A stretch of 64,000 nt of DNA. Source: the human T2T-CHM13v2.0 reference genome, Homo sapiens. The stretch lies in NCBI RefSeq assembly GCF_009914755.1, contig NC_060947.1, one strand, 5' to 3'. The position numbers and the translations under genes are program-made. The notes under the pieces were generated by a model, which did no database searches, had not been told where the DNA came from, and saw only the letters and a list, made by a program, of their open reading frames with translations. The number at the start of each line of letters is the position of its first letter. Within the stretch, counting starts at the first letter, position 1. Of the stretch, positions 13,777 through 28,900 are shown piece after piece.

Positions 13777-14321
13777 CTAAATTAATAATCACAGCTCTGC
13801 ATCCCTTTCCCCATTACCTCCATATTCAAGGTTTTATAAATATAAAACACCTCTTTCATAGAACACCTCTGCAATTCTGATGTTTCATTAATGAATCTCT
13901 GGTTAAATAAAACTTTGACAGGTGTTCACAAACAAATGTATGGGATTTCTGGTATGTAGCAATTTGAGATTTGTGTTTTGTAGCCATTTTTTGAAAATAA
14001 GGAAACCTTTTACAAAAAGCTTTTCCACAGCTTTTGACATTGCCTTGGCCAAAATCAGATCAATGTCTGCCTCAAAAGTGGCATGAAACTGCGTGGTTTA
14101 GAAGGGTCATCATTTGGCATTAGATGGTTGCCGATAAGATCTCCATCCCTAGGACACTCCACAGGACTCAGTCTTTTGTTTTTATAATGCAAGAGTCAAC
14201 TTCAGCCGTAGTATGACAGGGCACATAGCATTTGAAGAAGACATGGACCCTATTTACAGAACCAGGGAGGGAAAGGTGCCATATTCATTGAGACTCCATT
14301 TCTATTTAATAGTGTCTGACA

Positions 14322-14327
14322 TTTATT
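14322..14327 (-). terminator. Poly(A) signal of RTL8A
   Basis: TTTATT (minus-strand AATAAA) about 810 nt past the stop codon, with an ATTAAA at 14305-14310; marks the end of the GC-rich 3' UTR. Confidence 0.7.
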
Positions 14328-14889
14328 AAAAATAAGGAAAAAACCTTTGTACAGGTAGTGTATTAGAGCAGGGAAGGGAGCAGGGCTTACTGTGTTGAAC
14401 AAAAGGCACCCATCAGAGAGACAGCTGCAAATTCAGAAGAAAACAGGATTCTAGGCAAAACTAACTGGTCCACAGGAGAAAATGAGAGATTCGATTTGGT
14501 TGCCAGGCACACTTAAGCCCTGGCAGCTATGTGGCAGGAACACAAGAGGTCTCTGGGGATGGGGAGGAAATGGGTCTCGCTGAAGGTGACAGGCTCCTTG
14601 GGGGACGGCCAGCTGTCTGGATCACTGTCCAGGGGCTGTGTCCAGCTCGGATACCTCCGAGGTGAGTCCACATCACTAGGAGCCACAGTCTGTTGGTGAG
14701 ATGCGGTGGATGGCGATGGCAGTGGTAGCGTAGGTCTGTGGGCAGAATGATGTAGTTGGCTGGCAGTCTGGAGGAGTGGAGGTGGGTTGGCAGCAGCGGC
14801 TGTGGGTGGTCTGTCCAGTATGTAACAGGAGCCCAGCTTGCACCTGAAGTGCAGGACAGCGTCCAAATGTGCATGGAGGGGCTGGGCTG

Positions 14890-15940
<1,051 letters not shown>

Positions 15941-16420
15941 AGTAGAGTTCTGTGAACACATTTTTTTTTGCTTCTTCGTATATGTCTCAGTCAGATTATT
16001 TGCTCCCTGCTTTGCAACATTAATGGGAAAATCCCAAATATTAGCAAATATAATCCAGAGCAGCATATTCAAAGTGTAATGTGCCATAAGCAGTTAATGA
16101 AAGGTGGGTTAAATTCTAAGAAATCTCTTAATTTGCTATATTAAGACACCAAAAGGAGGACAATCAGTTGATTATCACAAGAGAAGTTGAAAGAGGAAAA
16201 TGAGAATGGTTGGGTGCTTTCCAAACATGACATTATACGTGTTAATACATAAGAATAAAGGAAAGAAATAACAAAGTTTCACAAATTGGAAAGGGGGAAG
16301 GAAAATTAAGCATTACACTTTGTATCCTAATTTAGTTGTGTGGCTGAGTACAAAATTAATAGTAATTCATCACTAGATTTCACATATGCAGAAAATAACC
16401 TATTAAAATATATAATTTGG

Positions 16421-16748
<328 letters not shown>

Positions 16749-17303
16749 TCAAAATAAATAGGGATTTAGAAATAAACATTAAAAATTATAAATTGCCACA
16801 TAAAACTTTTTTTATTGCTGAAGAGGAAAACAAAAGAATACTCAAAAAATGAAAGGATATCCCTGGATCTGGGATAGGATGACTCAACATCATAAAGATG
16901 TTAATTTTCTTTATGTGAGGAGATGGAGGAGTTGTAGATTTATACCATGAACTTCACATACTGCCCCAGGAGTTGGAGAAGCTGAAGGAGGAGACCTAGC
17001 AGGGCTAAATGAACTACAGATCCAGCTATTGCCCCATACCAACAAGGTGACACAACAAATTTGCCTTCACCTCTGTGAATTGCAACAGTACCTGGTGACA
17101 CCATAACCTTTCACATGCAAAATATCTGGCAGGCCTGATTAAGGCAGTAGTATTCAGAGAAAGCTGTTCTGAAAAGTGTTGTTCCATTAATGCTTAGTTG
17201 ATACAATATAAATACATTACAACTGTGGTGATAAACCAGTTTACCCCACTGTAATACAGGCAACACTTTTTTCTTCTGCTTGGCTGGTCCCATGTCAGCA
17301 CTG

Positions 17304-17436
17304 AGCTACTCAGGAGGCTGAGGCAGGAGAATGGCGTGAACCCAGGAGGCGGAGCTTGCAGTGAACCGAGATTGCACCACTGCACTCTCTGTCGCCTGGG
17401 CGACAGAGGGAGACTCCATCTCAAAAAAAAAAAAAA
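17304..17436 (+). mobile_element. Alu right-arm fragment (AluY-like)
   Basis: AGCTACTCAGGAGGCTGAGGCAGGAGAATGGCGTGAACCC...A tail. Confidence 0.85.
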
Positions 17437-18644
17437 GTAAGGACACATTATATATAGGATTGCATATAAAAGTACATGCATCCATCCAGATATGTAGTCA
17501 GGGGTATTCTGGGTGGATTCACGGCCTCACCACTGCAGTCCTGCCTCTGCTAAATTTAAATAGGCCATTTTGAACATTGTCTCTGATAATGTTACTCTTG
17601 TATAATATACTGAGAATAAAAAAATGTAACTGTGGTAGATTGTATTATTGTTTGCTAAATAGTCTGGTTGCTACCCTTCAGTGTTCCTTGCTAGGTAGCA
17701 CTCCCTGTCCACATACTTGTCCTGTTGAATGCATGTTGAATGCATTACATGGTCATGTGACTTGCTTTGACAATGAAACATGGGCAGAAATGTTATGTGT
17801 CACTTCAGGGTAGAAGCTTTAAAATATATCAGATGGGTTACCATGTCTTTCTTCCTTCTTTCCTGGTGACTGCTAATATCTCAAACAGGCTTCTCTGTCA
17901 GCTTGGATCCTGGAGTGGAGATGATGTGGAGCAGAATCTTACATGACCCACAGTGGGCATGCTGTATGAGCAAAAACCAAAATTCTGTTGTTGGAATATA
18001 GTGAGATTTTTGGTTGTTTTTTTTCCTCAGCCTACCCTGTCTGCACCAACAACAAAATTATTTTGCCTCTTCAAAATTTGTAATGACATACTGAAGGTGG
18101 AAAGGGGCTTTGGCCATTTCTTCTTGACAACAACTTAATCTGAAGAGATTTTAGAGTAATTACTATAGGATTAGCTACGGAAGGAGATTATGTTTTTTCC
18201 TTTGTACATTAGTAAAGTTGGCTGTTAAAATTCATTGCTTGGGAAGGCTGAAGTGGGGCTAGAATTTCCACACTCTGATGATGGTCTTGTGAATTGAAAC
18301 ACCATTTAAAAAACAGCATAGCAATATGTAGGAGTCACTTTGACTCACTGCTATGGACTAAATTGTGTCCCCCAAAATTAGTATATCAAAGCCCTAACAT
18401 CCAACATGATGGCATTTGGTGATAGACCCTTTAAGAGGTAATAAGTGTAAGATGATGGTGTGAGGTAGGGCCCTCATGATGGGATTAATGTCCTTATAAG
18501 AAGAAACACCAGAGAGTTTGCTCTATGTCTCTAGGATGTGAGGACACAATGAGAAGAGGGTCATATGCAAGCCAGAAGGAGAGCCTTCATCAGAACCTGA
18601 CAATGCTAGCATCTCAGACTTCCAGCCTCCAGAACTGTGAAAAA

Positions 18645-18690
<46 letters not shown>

Positions 18691-18695
18691 TAAGA

Positions 18696-19840
18696 TAGTA
18701 GTGCCCAACCTTTTTGGCACCAGGGACTGATTTCATGGAAGACAATTTTTCCATGGATGGGGCTGGGGTGGGGGATTTCAGGATGAAACTGTTCCATCTC
18801 GGATCATCAGGCATTAGATTCTCATAAAAAGCATGTAACATAGATCCCTCACATGTGCAGCTCACAATAGGGTTCCTGCTCCTATTGATACGGGAGTGCT
18901 GTGAAGGGAAGAGTGTGGTCTCTTTAAATGATATGGGAGGGGGGAAGGGAAGTGCTGGGTAGAGAAAGGTGGGTCCCTGGCTAGAGCTCCACCCCCACGG
19001 ACCTAGGTAAGGACAGGCACTCCTGCTTTCACGCCCAAATGTTGCATTTTCCAAGACCATCCTGGCCTGCCATGCCCCCATCCTGAGCCTATAAAAACCC
19101 AAGACCTAGCAGGCAGACCCAAGTGGCTGGACGTCGTGAGGAACACATTGGTTGTCGAAAGCACGCTGGTAGAAGAGCACATGGACGGGCACTGGCAGGC
19201 CGGCAGGCCATGGACTGGTGGAATGACATGGAATTTGGCCAGAGTGGTTAGAGAAGAGTTGGGCCACCGAGTGGCCTGACTCCAGGGGAAAACCATCTCC
19301 TATCTGGCTCCCCAATCTGCTGAGAGCTACTCAGTAAAACCTTGCACTCATTCTCCACGCCCATATGTGATCCAATTCTTCCAGTACAACAAGACAAGAA
19401 ACCCTGGGATATAGAAATCCTTCTGTCCTTTTGATAAGGAAGGAGGTCTAATCGAGCTAACACAAGTCGCCTATGGACGGCTAAACTAAAAGAGCACCCT
19501 GTAACACATGCCCACTGGGGCTTCAGGAGCTGTAAACATTCACCCCTAGATACTGCCATGGGGTTGGACCCCCACAGCCTGCCCGTCTGTATGCTCCCCT
19601 AGAGGTTTGAGCAGCGGGACACTGAAGAAGCCAGCCACACCCCCATTGCATGCCCTGCGAGGGGGACAGTGGAACTTTCGCGGTTCGCTATGAGAATCTA
19701 ATGCTTCACACTGATCTGGCAGGAGGCAGAGCTCAGGCATTAACGCTTGCTTGCCGGCTGCTCACCTCTTGCTGTGCAGCCTGGTTCCCAACAGGCCACA
19801 GACTGGTACCGGTCTGCAGCCTGGGGATTGGGGTCCCCTG
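18696..19840 (-). mobile_element. MER1B-like hAT/Charlie DNA transposon, split by LTR1
   Basis: Terminal inverted repeats; 8-bp TSD GTTTAAGA/GTTTAAGC; about 340 bp once the LTR is removed. Confidence 0.85.
18886..19687 (+). mobile_element. ERV1 solo LTR (LTR1 family, LTR1B-like)
   Basis: TGATACGGGAGTGCTGTGAAGGGAAGAG start; TATAAAA about 19090; AGTAAA about 19333; 4-bp TSD CTAT (18882-18885, 19688-19691). Confidence 0.8.
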
Positions 19841-20660
19841 GTTTAAGCCACTTAATCTGTGTTATTTTGTTATGGCAGTCCAAGCTGACCAAGACATTCG
19901 TTAATCCAACACTTGAGAATTAAAAAGAAAATAATTTAACAGAAGAAAATATTATTGAGGCATAGAGATATCCATAACAAGAAAATCTATAATCCTCAAA
20001 ATATGAAAACCCTAAATATCCAATGAAGGAATAGCCTACACATTAGTATTTACTAATACAATATATATGCAGCCATTAAAATAATTATGAAAACTAAACA
20101 AATTAGCAAAATATTATCTTAAAAAGCGGAGTCCAAAATGGTATAAGATGATTAAAACTATGCCAAAGTTAAAATTTGCTGTGTGTAGCAGCACCAAACA
20201 TCTGATGTTATGAAGTGGCTGTCCAGTCAGGTAGCACATTTCTAATCCTCTTTGAATCCTCCTGGGTCTATGTGCTTAAGTTTTGGTAAAAGGAATGTAT
20301 GCAGAACTTCCATGCCTGTCCCAGATAATAGAACAAAAGAGAACGCTATAGAACTGATTTCATGAGGCTGGCAAAACTTGACATGAGAACCTGCCATGGA
20401 CATTATGAGGCAGGAAAATCACAGGCTGATCTCACTTATAAACACAGATGTAACAATCTGAAACAACATAACAGCATATTGAATCTTGCAATATATAAAA
20501 ATCACAATATTTTATCATAAACAAGTTTGGTTTATTCCAGGACTATAGAATAAAAAAATCAATATAATCCACAATTTTAATTAGAAAATGGAGGAATCAT
20601 TCATATAATGATTTCTTAAAATCTAGAATAGAAAAAAAAGCATTTGACAAAACTCAGCTA

Positions 20661-21540
<880 letters not shown>

Positions 21541-21868
21541 CATTTGGGGAAGAAACAAGCACCACTCGAACACAAAGAGGATAAAAAGCAGAGAATACCT
21601 CCCAACTTATTGTTAGGGTCAGCAAGACTTTAAATGCAAAATTTGACAAGGAGAGTCTGATAAATAGAAATTATGAAGCTATCTTACTTAGGAATATAAA
21701 TGCAAGCATCCTAAGCAAAACATTACCAAGCCAATTCCAGCTATATATAAGACAATCAAGTTGGGTTTATTCTGGGAGAGCAAGTTTGGTTTAGCATTAA
21801 GAAAACCTCTCAACATAATTCATGATACGATTGTGAGGTAGGAGATTGGCAAGACTTATTTCCTAGAC

Positions 21869-22205
21869 CAGGGGTCCCCAAGCCCTGGGCCATGGACTGC
21901 TACCAATTTATTAGAAACCAAGCCGCACAGCAGAAGGTGAGTGGCAGGTGAGCAAGCATTTCCACCTGAGCTCTGCCTCCTGTCAGATCAGTGGTGACAT
22001 TAGATTTTCATAGGAGTGTGAAACCTGTTGTGAACTGTGCATGTGAGGGATCTAGGTTGTGTGCTCCTTATGAGAATCTAACTAATGCCTGATGATCTGA
22101 GGTGGAACAGTTTCATCCCGAAACCATCCTTCCCCAACCCCCATCCTTGGAAAAATTGTCTTCCAGGAAACCAGTCCCTGGTGCCAAAAAGGTTGGGGAC
22201 AACTG
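21869..22205 (+). mobile_element. MER1B-like DNA transposon inside the 5' LTR
   Basis: CAGGGGTCCCCAA...GGTTGGGGACAACTG termini; TSD TCCTAGAC/TCCTA-AC; absent from the 3' LTR. Confidence 0.88.
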
Positions 22206-23441
22206 TCCTAACCAGACAGGAAACTGGCCAGAACCAGCAAGTGATTCTGTAAGCAATCTCTAGTTGCCCTCACTGCCCATCAGCATAAGACACTCCCACC
22301 AGTGCCATGACAGTTAACAAATGCCATGGCAATACCTGGAAGTTACCACCCCTTTCCATGGCAACACCAAAGGTTACCACTCAGTTTTTAGAGATTTCTG
22401 AATAACCTGTCCCTTAATTTGCATGTAATTAAAAGTGGGTATAAAGCTAGCCAACAGCCCATACACTGCCACTCTTGGTGCACAGCCTATGGGCTTGCCA
22501 TGCTCAACAAGGGGCAGCCACTGGGCTGTAACACTGTCACTTCAGTAAAGCTGCTTTCTTCCATTGCTGGTTTGCTCTTGAAATCTTTCCTGAGTGAAGC
22601 CCATAACCTGCCCTGCATCATCTGGTGCCTGATGTGGGGCTAGGGAAGATGGTGGCAATAGCAGAGGTAGCTAGGCAGCAAGATGCAGAGAGGCAGCGAC
22701 TGGAGAGAGAAGGCAGTGAGGTAGCAAGCCAGTGAGAGGCAATGAGATGGCAAATGGCAAGAGACAGTGAGACAATCTGTGATTGAAGCTGCAAGAACTG
22801 TAACACAGAGGTTATAAGGCTAAACAGCTGCTAATGCTGAAGAGCTATAACACTAGTCTAAGGCTCTTTTCAGAGCCATCATCTTTCCTGACAGGTGGAG
22901 GCAGCAGAGCTGTGTGGACGGGTCAGTGGCTGCGCAGTGCTACCACCTTGTGTGGGACCAACTGTCTTGGCTGGCAGGTCACTGGTGTGTCAGCTGGACC
23001 CCCGTAACAGCCGAGCCTGCCCAAGCTGGTGGAATCTGGGGAGAACTTCACCCATGTCCCACATTGGAGACTGGTCAGCACCATTTAGGCACTTGAAGAT
23101 GGGTGAGTGTCCTCTCTGCCCCTCCTTCAATATCAGGTAAAACAAGAAATAAGGCCTCTGTCTAGGTGGTCAATTCAATGTCCGCCATCATTTGGGTGCC
23201 CGGAAGAGAAGCATGCCTGACCACCTACATTCTTGTCACCCCTTCTCTTGATCCTTTCTCCTCTAATGCTATTTTATTTGGGGCATTTGGTGAGGGAATC
23301 CTCAATGGGTGTTACTTGGGTGCATTGGGGTTTTTTGCACTGGGCTGTTGTCTACCCCCTGAATGCTCTGGCGTTTTTGACATTGGCATTCCCTCTAGGA
23401 TTGTGGGTTATAGCCCCTCCCCCTGGGAGAACCTTGGTCTT

Positions 23442-23830
23442 TGATAGGGTTTTGGTCTGTGTCCCCATCCGAATCTTATGTTGAATTGTAATTTCTAATG
23501 TTGGGGGAGGGACCTTGTGGGAGGTGATTGGATCATGGGGGCAGATTTCCCACTTGCTATTCTTGTGATAGTGAGTGAGTTCTCATGAGATCTGGTTGTT
23601 TGAAAGTGTGTGGCACTTCCCCCTTTACTCTCTCTCTCTCTCTCATGCTCTGCCATGATAAGACATGCTTGCTTCCCTTTCACCTTGTGCCATGATTGTA
23701 AGCTTCTTGAGGCCTCCCAGCCATGCTTCCTGTACAGCCTAAGGAACTGTGAGTCAATTAAAACTCTTTTCTTTAGAAATTACCCAGTCTCAGGTAGTTC
23801 TTTATAGCAGTGTGAGAATGGACTAATACA
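23442..23830 (+). mobile_element. MSTA-like MaLR solo LTR in the ERV leader
   Basis: TGATAGGG...GACTAATACA with perfect 5-bp TSD GTCTT (23437-23441, 23831-23835). Confidence 0.88.
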
Positions 23831-24380
23831 GTCTTGTTTTTTCTGCACTGAAGTTGGAAATTATCATTTTCTATAACAGCCAGTTGTGGGCCTCTCCCTG
23901 TGTTCTGTCTTCCTTTCTGTCCAATAGACTGCCTTGCTCAAGCACATCTTGGACTGTTGGTTGAAGGGACCAGGGGTTCCCAGACCCCTGGCCTGACAGA
24001 TGAGTACCCGCAGCAGTGGATGAGTGGCCTCCTTAACACTTTCTTTGGTGTCTCTACTGCTGGGTGGATTATCCAGTAGCTGAAGGTCTCTGAGGTCTCC
24101 CTTTGAGCCATGTTGTTCGCCCATACTCTTCCTCCGTTCCACAATCACTTTCTATTTTTTTAAAATCCATCTTTGCCCAAACTGAAATGCTTTCTTCACT
24201 CTCTTTGGAATTCAGACCCATCATTCTACTGCCCACTCATATCTCATGATCCACTTTTGTAATGCTTTGCTAGCTATACTAACACCTTCTCTGCAGGACG
24301 TGAGAATTTGAAAGGGAAAGTAAGGCTCTCACTAAACTTAGGCAAACTTGAAAACCTCCTGTACAGATTCTTACTGGACA

Positions 24381-25940
24381 ATGGGAACAATGGTGACCAT
24401 CCTGGAAGACTCAACAGTAGGGTGTCTTTTAGGCAATTGGTGCAAATTCAAATTAGAAACTTTAAAAAGAAAAGGAACTCATTTTCTATTGCAACACCAT
24501 TGGGGTCCAATATAAATTGGGAGACCAGGAAATTTGGTCTAAAAATGGTTCTTTATGTTAAAATATAATACTATTTTACAATTAGACTTATTCTGTAAAA
24601 AAGAAGGAAAATGGGGAGAAGTTCCTTATGTGTAGGCTTTTATATGCCCTCTACCAGGATCCTGACCTAAGGGATAGCTGTAGAATGTATCAGACTCATG
24701 TTACTTCCAGGCACCAAGAAGCTGTGCCAGGTATCATAGGTGACCCCCTCCTAGCTGCTCCCACTGGGAGGTCCATGCCCCCCTTGGAGCCTCCTCAGTC
24801 CTGCAGTTCTGAGAGGAATTCTGCCAGTTCTCCAGCACAGGATTCCACCCCAAGGTCATCAGGCACCCCTACCCCTTATCCAACTAGTCCTGTTGTATAC
24901 CCCTGTTACCTGAGAATGTAAGCCCAACCAGTACTACCAGGAGCAGGGCCCCGTATCAGCCCCTAAAAGTGAAACTGTGTCCATTGTGGGTAGCTGATGG
25001 AGATGGGGGAACAATCAGAGTATATGTGCCATTTACTGTATCAAATTTGGCTTTATGCAAGGAGAAATTTGGCTGGTTTTTGGAGGATCCATGGAAGTTT
25101 ATAGAGGAGTTTGATACATTTACCATGTCCTCTGAAATAACTTGGCATAACTTGTGCTTATTATTATCCACTTGCTGTACCATAGACATAGAGGAGAAAC
25201 AAAGGATTCTAGGTATTACCCATGAATTTTCAGATGGAGTGGCCAATAATATCCAAGGCCATGCCATTTATAATGTGGGGGGAGAGGCAGTTCCTTATTT
25301 GCACCCTCAATGGGATTCCCAGAGGGGTTCCCAAGATCTCAAACACAGAAATTACATGCTAACTTGTTTAGTAGAAGGTATGAAAAAGTGTGTGGTTAAA
25401 CCAGTTAGTTGTGACAAGGTTAGAGAAGTAACTCAGGGAAAATATGAAAATGCCACTTTATTTCAAGGCCACTTAGTGGAGGCCCTCAGGAAATATACTA
25501 ATGCAGATCCTGACTCTCTGGAAAGGTGAGCTCTCCTGGTCATGTATTTTATTACTCAAACTATCTCTGACATTAGGAGGAATTTACATAAGGCAGCAAT
25601 AGAGCATCAAATCCCCATGAGCCAACTTTTAAATATGGCCTTTGGAATTTACAATAATAGGGACAAGGTGGAGAAAGAGGTGAAAACTAAAAGTAATAGC
25701 TAAAAAGTGCTATTATTCGTGGCTGCCTTAAGCCCCTTACTGCCTTAGGGTTACAAATGTCAAGAAAGTGTTACGAGAGTCGTGGTTGGGATGCCCAGAT
25801 GAAAGCCTCTGACTTCTTGGCCCCTGGGCCAAAATCAATGTGCCTATAAGCAAGAGGAACACTGAAGGAAGGACTGCCCCAGGCTTGAAAGAGAGTCTGA
25901 ACCACTCAGACCCATAATGGCTGAGAGAACAGAGGACTGA
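24381..25940 (+). pseudogene. ERV gag remnant
   Basis: MGTMVTILEDSTVGCLLGNW start; capsid segment (RVYVPF, DPWKFIEEF, VTQGKYENATLFQGHLVEALRKYT, MHR-like); ends GAGGACTGA; stops and frameshifts present. Confidence 0.85.
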
Positions 25941-28900
25941 CAGGGCCTGAGGTCTCTTATGGTTTCCAATGGACACCTTACTATCTCCATAGAGGAGCTT
26001 TGGGTAACTCTTGATGTGGCAGGCAAAAATAATGAGTTTTTGGTGGACATGGGAGCAGACTTCTCAGTTTCAACCTATTTCTCAGGGCCATTGTTTTCCC
26101 ACTCTTGTACCATAATGTAGATTGATGGCCAGCCAAAAGTTAGGTGATTCACCCACCCCCTCAGTTACACTGTGGGGAATCATGTGTTTTCCCATATCTT
26201 TCTGCTTATGTCTGAGTGCCCTATTCCTTTACTGGGAAGAGACTAACTTTCCCAATTACAGGCCACAGCTCAATTTGGAGAGCCTTATGAGAAGGCAATA
26301 GGCCAGGGAAAGACACTTCTTCTAGCTCCAAGTACATGCCTTAACACAGATAAATAAAAGACCTCTCTTTCACTGCATCTTACTTCTCAAGTAGACCTCT
26401 CTGTTTGGGACATGAAAGTTCTTGGTAGAGATGTTAATGTACTCCCAGTCCAGGTTATTTTGAAACCCAGAGTTAAGTATCCATACAAAAAACAACGTAC
26501 CTTGAGACCTGAAGAGCAGAGAGGCATTCAACCCCTAATAAGGAAGTTCCTAAAGTATGGATTACTACAGTCCCGTCAGTCCCTACGTAACACCTCCATT
26601 TTGGTTGTGAAGAAACTGAATGGGGAATACAGATTTGTTCAGAATCTGAGGGCAGTTAATGAGGCAATAGTCCCAGTCCACTGAATAGTTACTAATTCAT
26701 ACACAATATTGACCCAAGTCCCTGAAGATGTTAATAGTTCATGGTATTAGGCTTAAAGGATGCTTTCTTTTGTATACCTTTACACGTGGACACCCAGTAT
26801 ATCTTTGCTTTTGAATGGACTGATCCAGACATTCATGCTGCATCTCATCTTACGTGGGCTGTTCTTCCTCAAGGTTTTAGGGACAGTCCCCATTTCTTTG
26901 TCAATACATTGGCAAAAGAATTAAGGAAACTCTAGTTAAATAATGGGTCTCTTTAGCAATATATGGATGATCTATTAATTTCCAGCCCAACCAGGGAAGG
27001 CTGTGACAGGAACACAATCCAGATTCTTAATTTTTTTGAGAAGATGAGGTTATTGGGTATTCCTACAATAAAGCCCAAATTTCTGCACAAAAGGTTAAAT
27101 ATTTGGAGTATGTGTTAACTCCTGGGGCAAACACCCTGGCCCAGGAGTAAAAAGAGACCATCTTGGCACTCCAGCCCCCTCAGACTAAGAAACAATTAAG
27201 AATCTTTCTGGGAATGGCCAGATTCTTCTGGATTTGGAGTCCCAGGTTTGGGCTCATAGCAAAACCACTCTATGAAGCTCTAAAAGAGAGTGATCATGAG
27301 CCTTTGAATTGGGATGGAACCTGCCAACAGGCATTCTTAACCCTAAAAGAAAAATTGGGAACAGCCCCTGCTTTGTGACTCCCAAACTTAGAAAAACCTT
27401 TCACCCTATATGTGGCTGAAAAACAAGGGACAGCTTTGGGTGTTCTAACTCAAAGTCTCGTGAATAGCCCTATACCAGTGGCTTACTTTTCTAAACAGCT
27501 AGACCAAGTGGTGGCTGGGTGGCCAGGATGCTTTTGAGCTGTGGCCACCACCACTCTATTGGTAGAAGTCAGTAAGTTTACCTTGGGACAACAATTAGAT
27601 GTAATGACCTGCCCCCATCAAATACAGGGGATCCTAGAGGCAAAAGGACACCAATGTCTAACAGTGGTTCAATTACTTAAATGTCAGGTTCTTCTATGTG
27701 ACACCGCAGATGTTACTTTTAAAATATGTTGTTTTAAATCTTGCTACCCTGTTGCTGGACTTCACGTCCCAGTCCCCAACTCATTCACTCCTGTGTGGAA
27801 ACTATGGAACAGAGCTCCTCTAGCAGGCCTGACCTTAAAGATGAGTCCCTGCCTAACCCCAATGTTGAGTGGTTTAGAGATGGAAGTAGCTTTATTCATG
27901 AGGGATTAAAAAGGCAAGTTATGCTGTGGCTAGTCAACAATAAGTCATTGAGGCCAAAGCTCTTCCTCCCCAGACCTCTGCTCAAAAAGTGGAATTGAAT
28001 GCTCTAATTAGGGCCCTCCAACTGGGAAAAGACTTAAGAATCAATATATTTACTGATCCAAACATGGGTTCCTGGTGCTCCATGCTCACAAGCCATATGG
28101 AAGAAAAGGGGACTGTTAACAGCCATAGGATTCCCCCATACAACATCACTCTGAGATCTTGGAACTTTTAGATGCTGTCCAACTCCCAAAAGAGATAACA
28201 ATTATTCACTGCTGAGGACACCAAAAGGGAGACACCTCTATTATCAGAAGAAATGTCCTGGTGGATAGAGCAGTCATGGCCTCCGCTAAAGGAAGATCAG
28301 TACTGCTGGCTGCTGCACTAATACCTGATGCTCCACCCATGTCAACAGTGCCATATTATACACCTTAGCAAATTAAACGGGCAGAACAGAAAGGCTTACA
28401 AAAGGATCCCTCAGAGTGATTTCTAGAAATCAATAAACTCTTTCTCCCTGAGGCTGAGCAATGGAAAATAATTAAGCATTTCCATGACTCCTCACATTTA
28501 GGATGGGATTCTGTATTCAAATTTGTTTCCCTAATATTCTTGGGAAAGGGACTATTCCAGACTATAAAAAGGGTCACCAAGACCTGTGAACTGTGTGCTC
28601 ATAATGACCCAGGAAGCCACCCCATACTCCAATCCCTACTCAAACCTGTACAACACCAAGGAACATACCCTAGGCAAGACTGCAAATAGATTTCACCCAG
28701 ATGCCACCTTATAGGGACTAAAATATTTTCTACTATTTATGGACACTTTCACTGGGTGGATAGAAGCTTTCCCTACAAAGACAGAAAAAGCATTGGAAGT
28801 GTCCAAATTCTTAAAGAAAACATCCCCAGGTTTGCATTACCAAAAAGTTTGCAAAGTAATAACTGACCTTCGTTTACAGCTAAGGTGACTGAGCATGTTC

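Larger units (their letters stand above)
18349..19895 (+). mobile_element. MLT1A/B-like MaLR LTR hosting nested MER1B and LTR1
   Basis: TGCTATGGACTAAATTGTGTCCCC start; CTTCCAGCCTCCAGAACTGTGA; resumes GTTTAAGCCAC..TTTGTTATGGCAG..GACCAAGACA. Confidence 0.8.

Noticed and set aside
24969-25529. 186-aa Gag capsid ORF as a possible domesticated gene
   Set aside because: Non-ATG start and flanked by stops and frameshifts; length is compatible with neutral decay of the provirus
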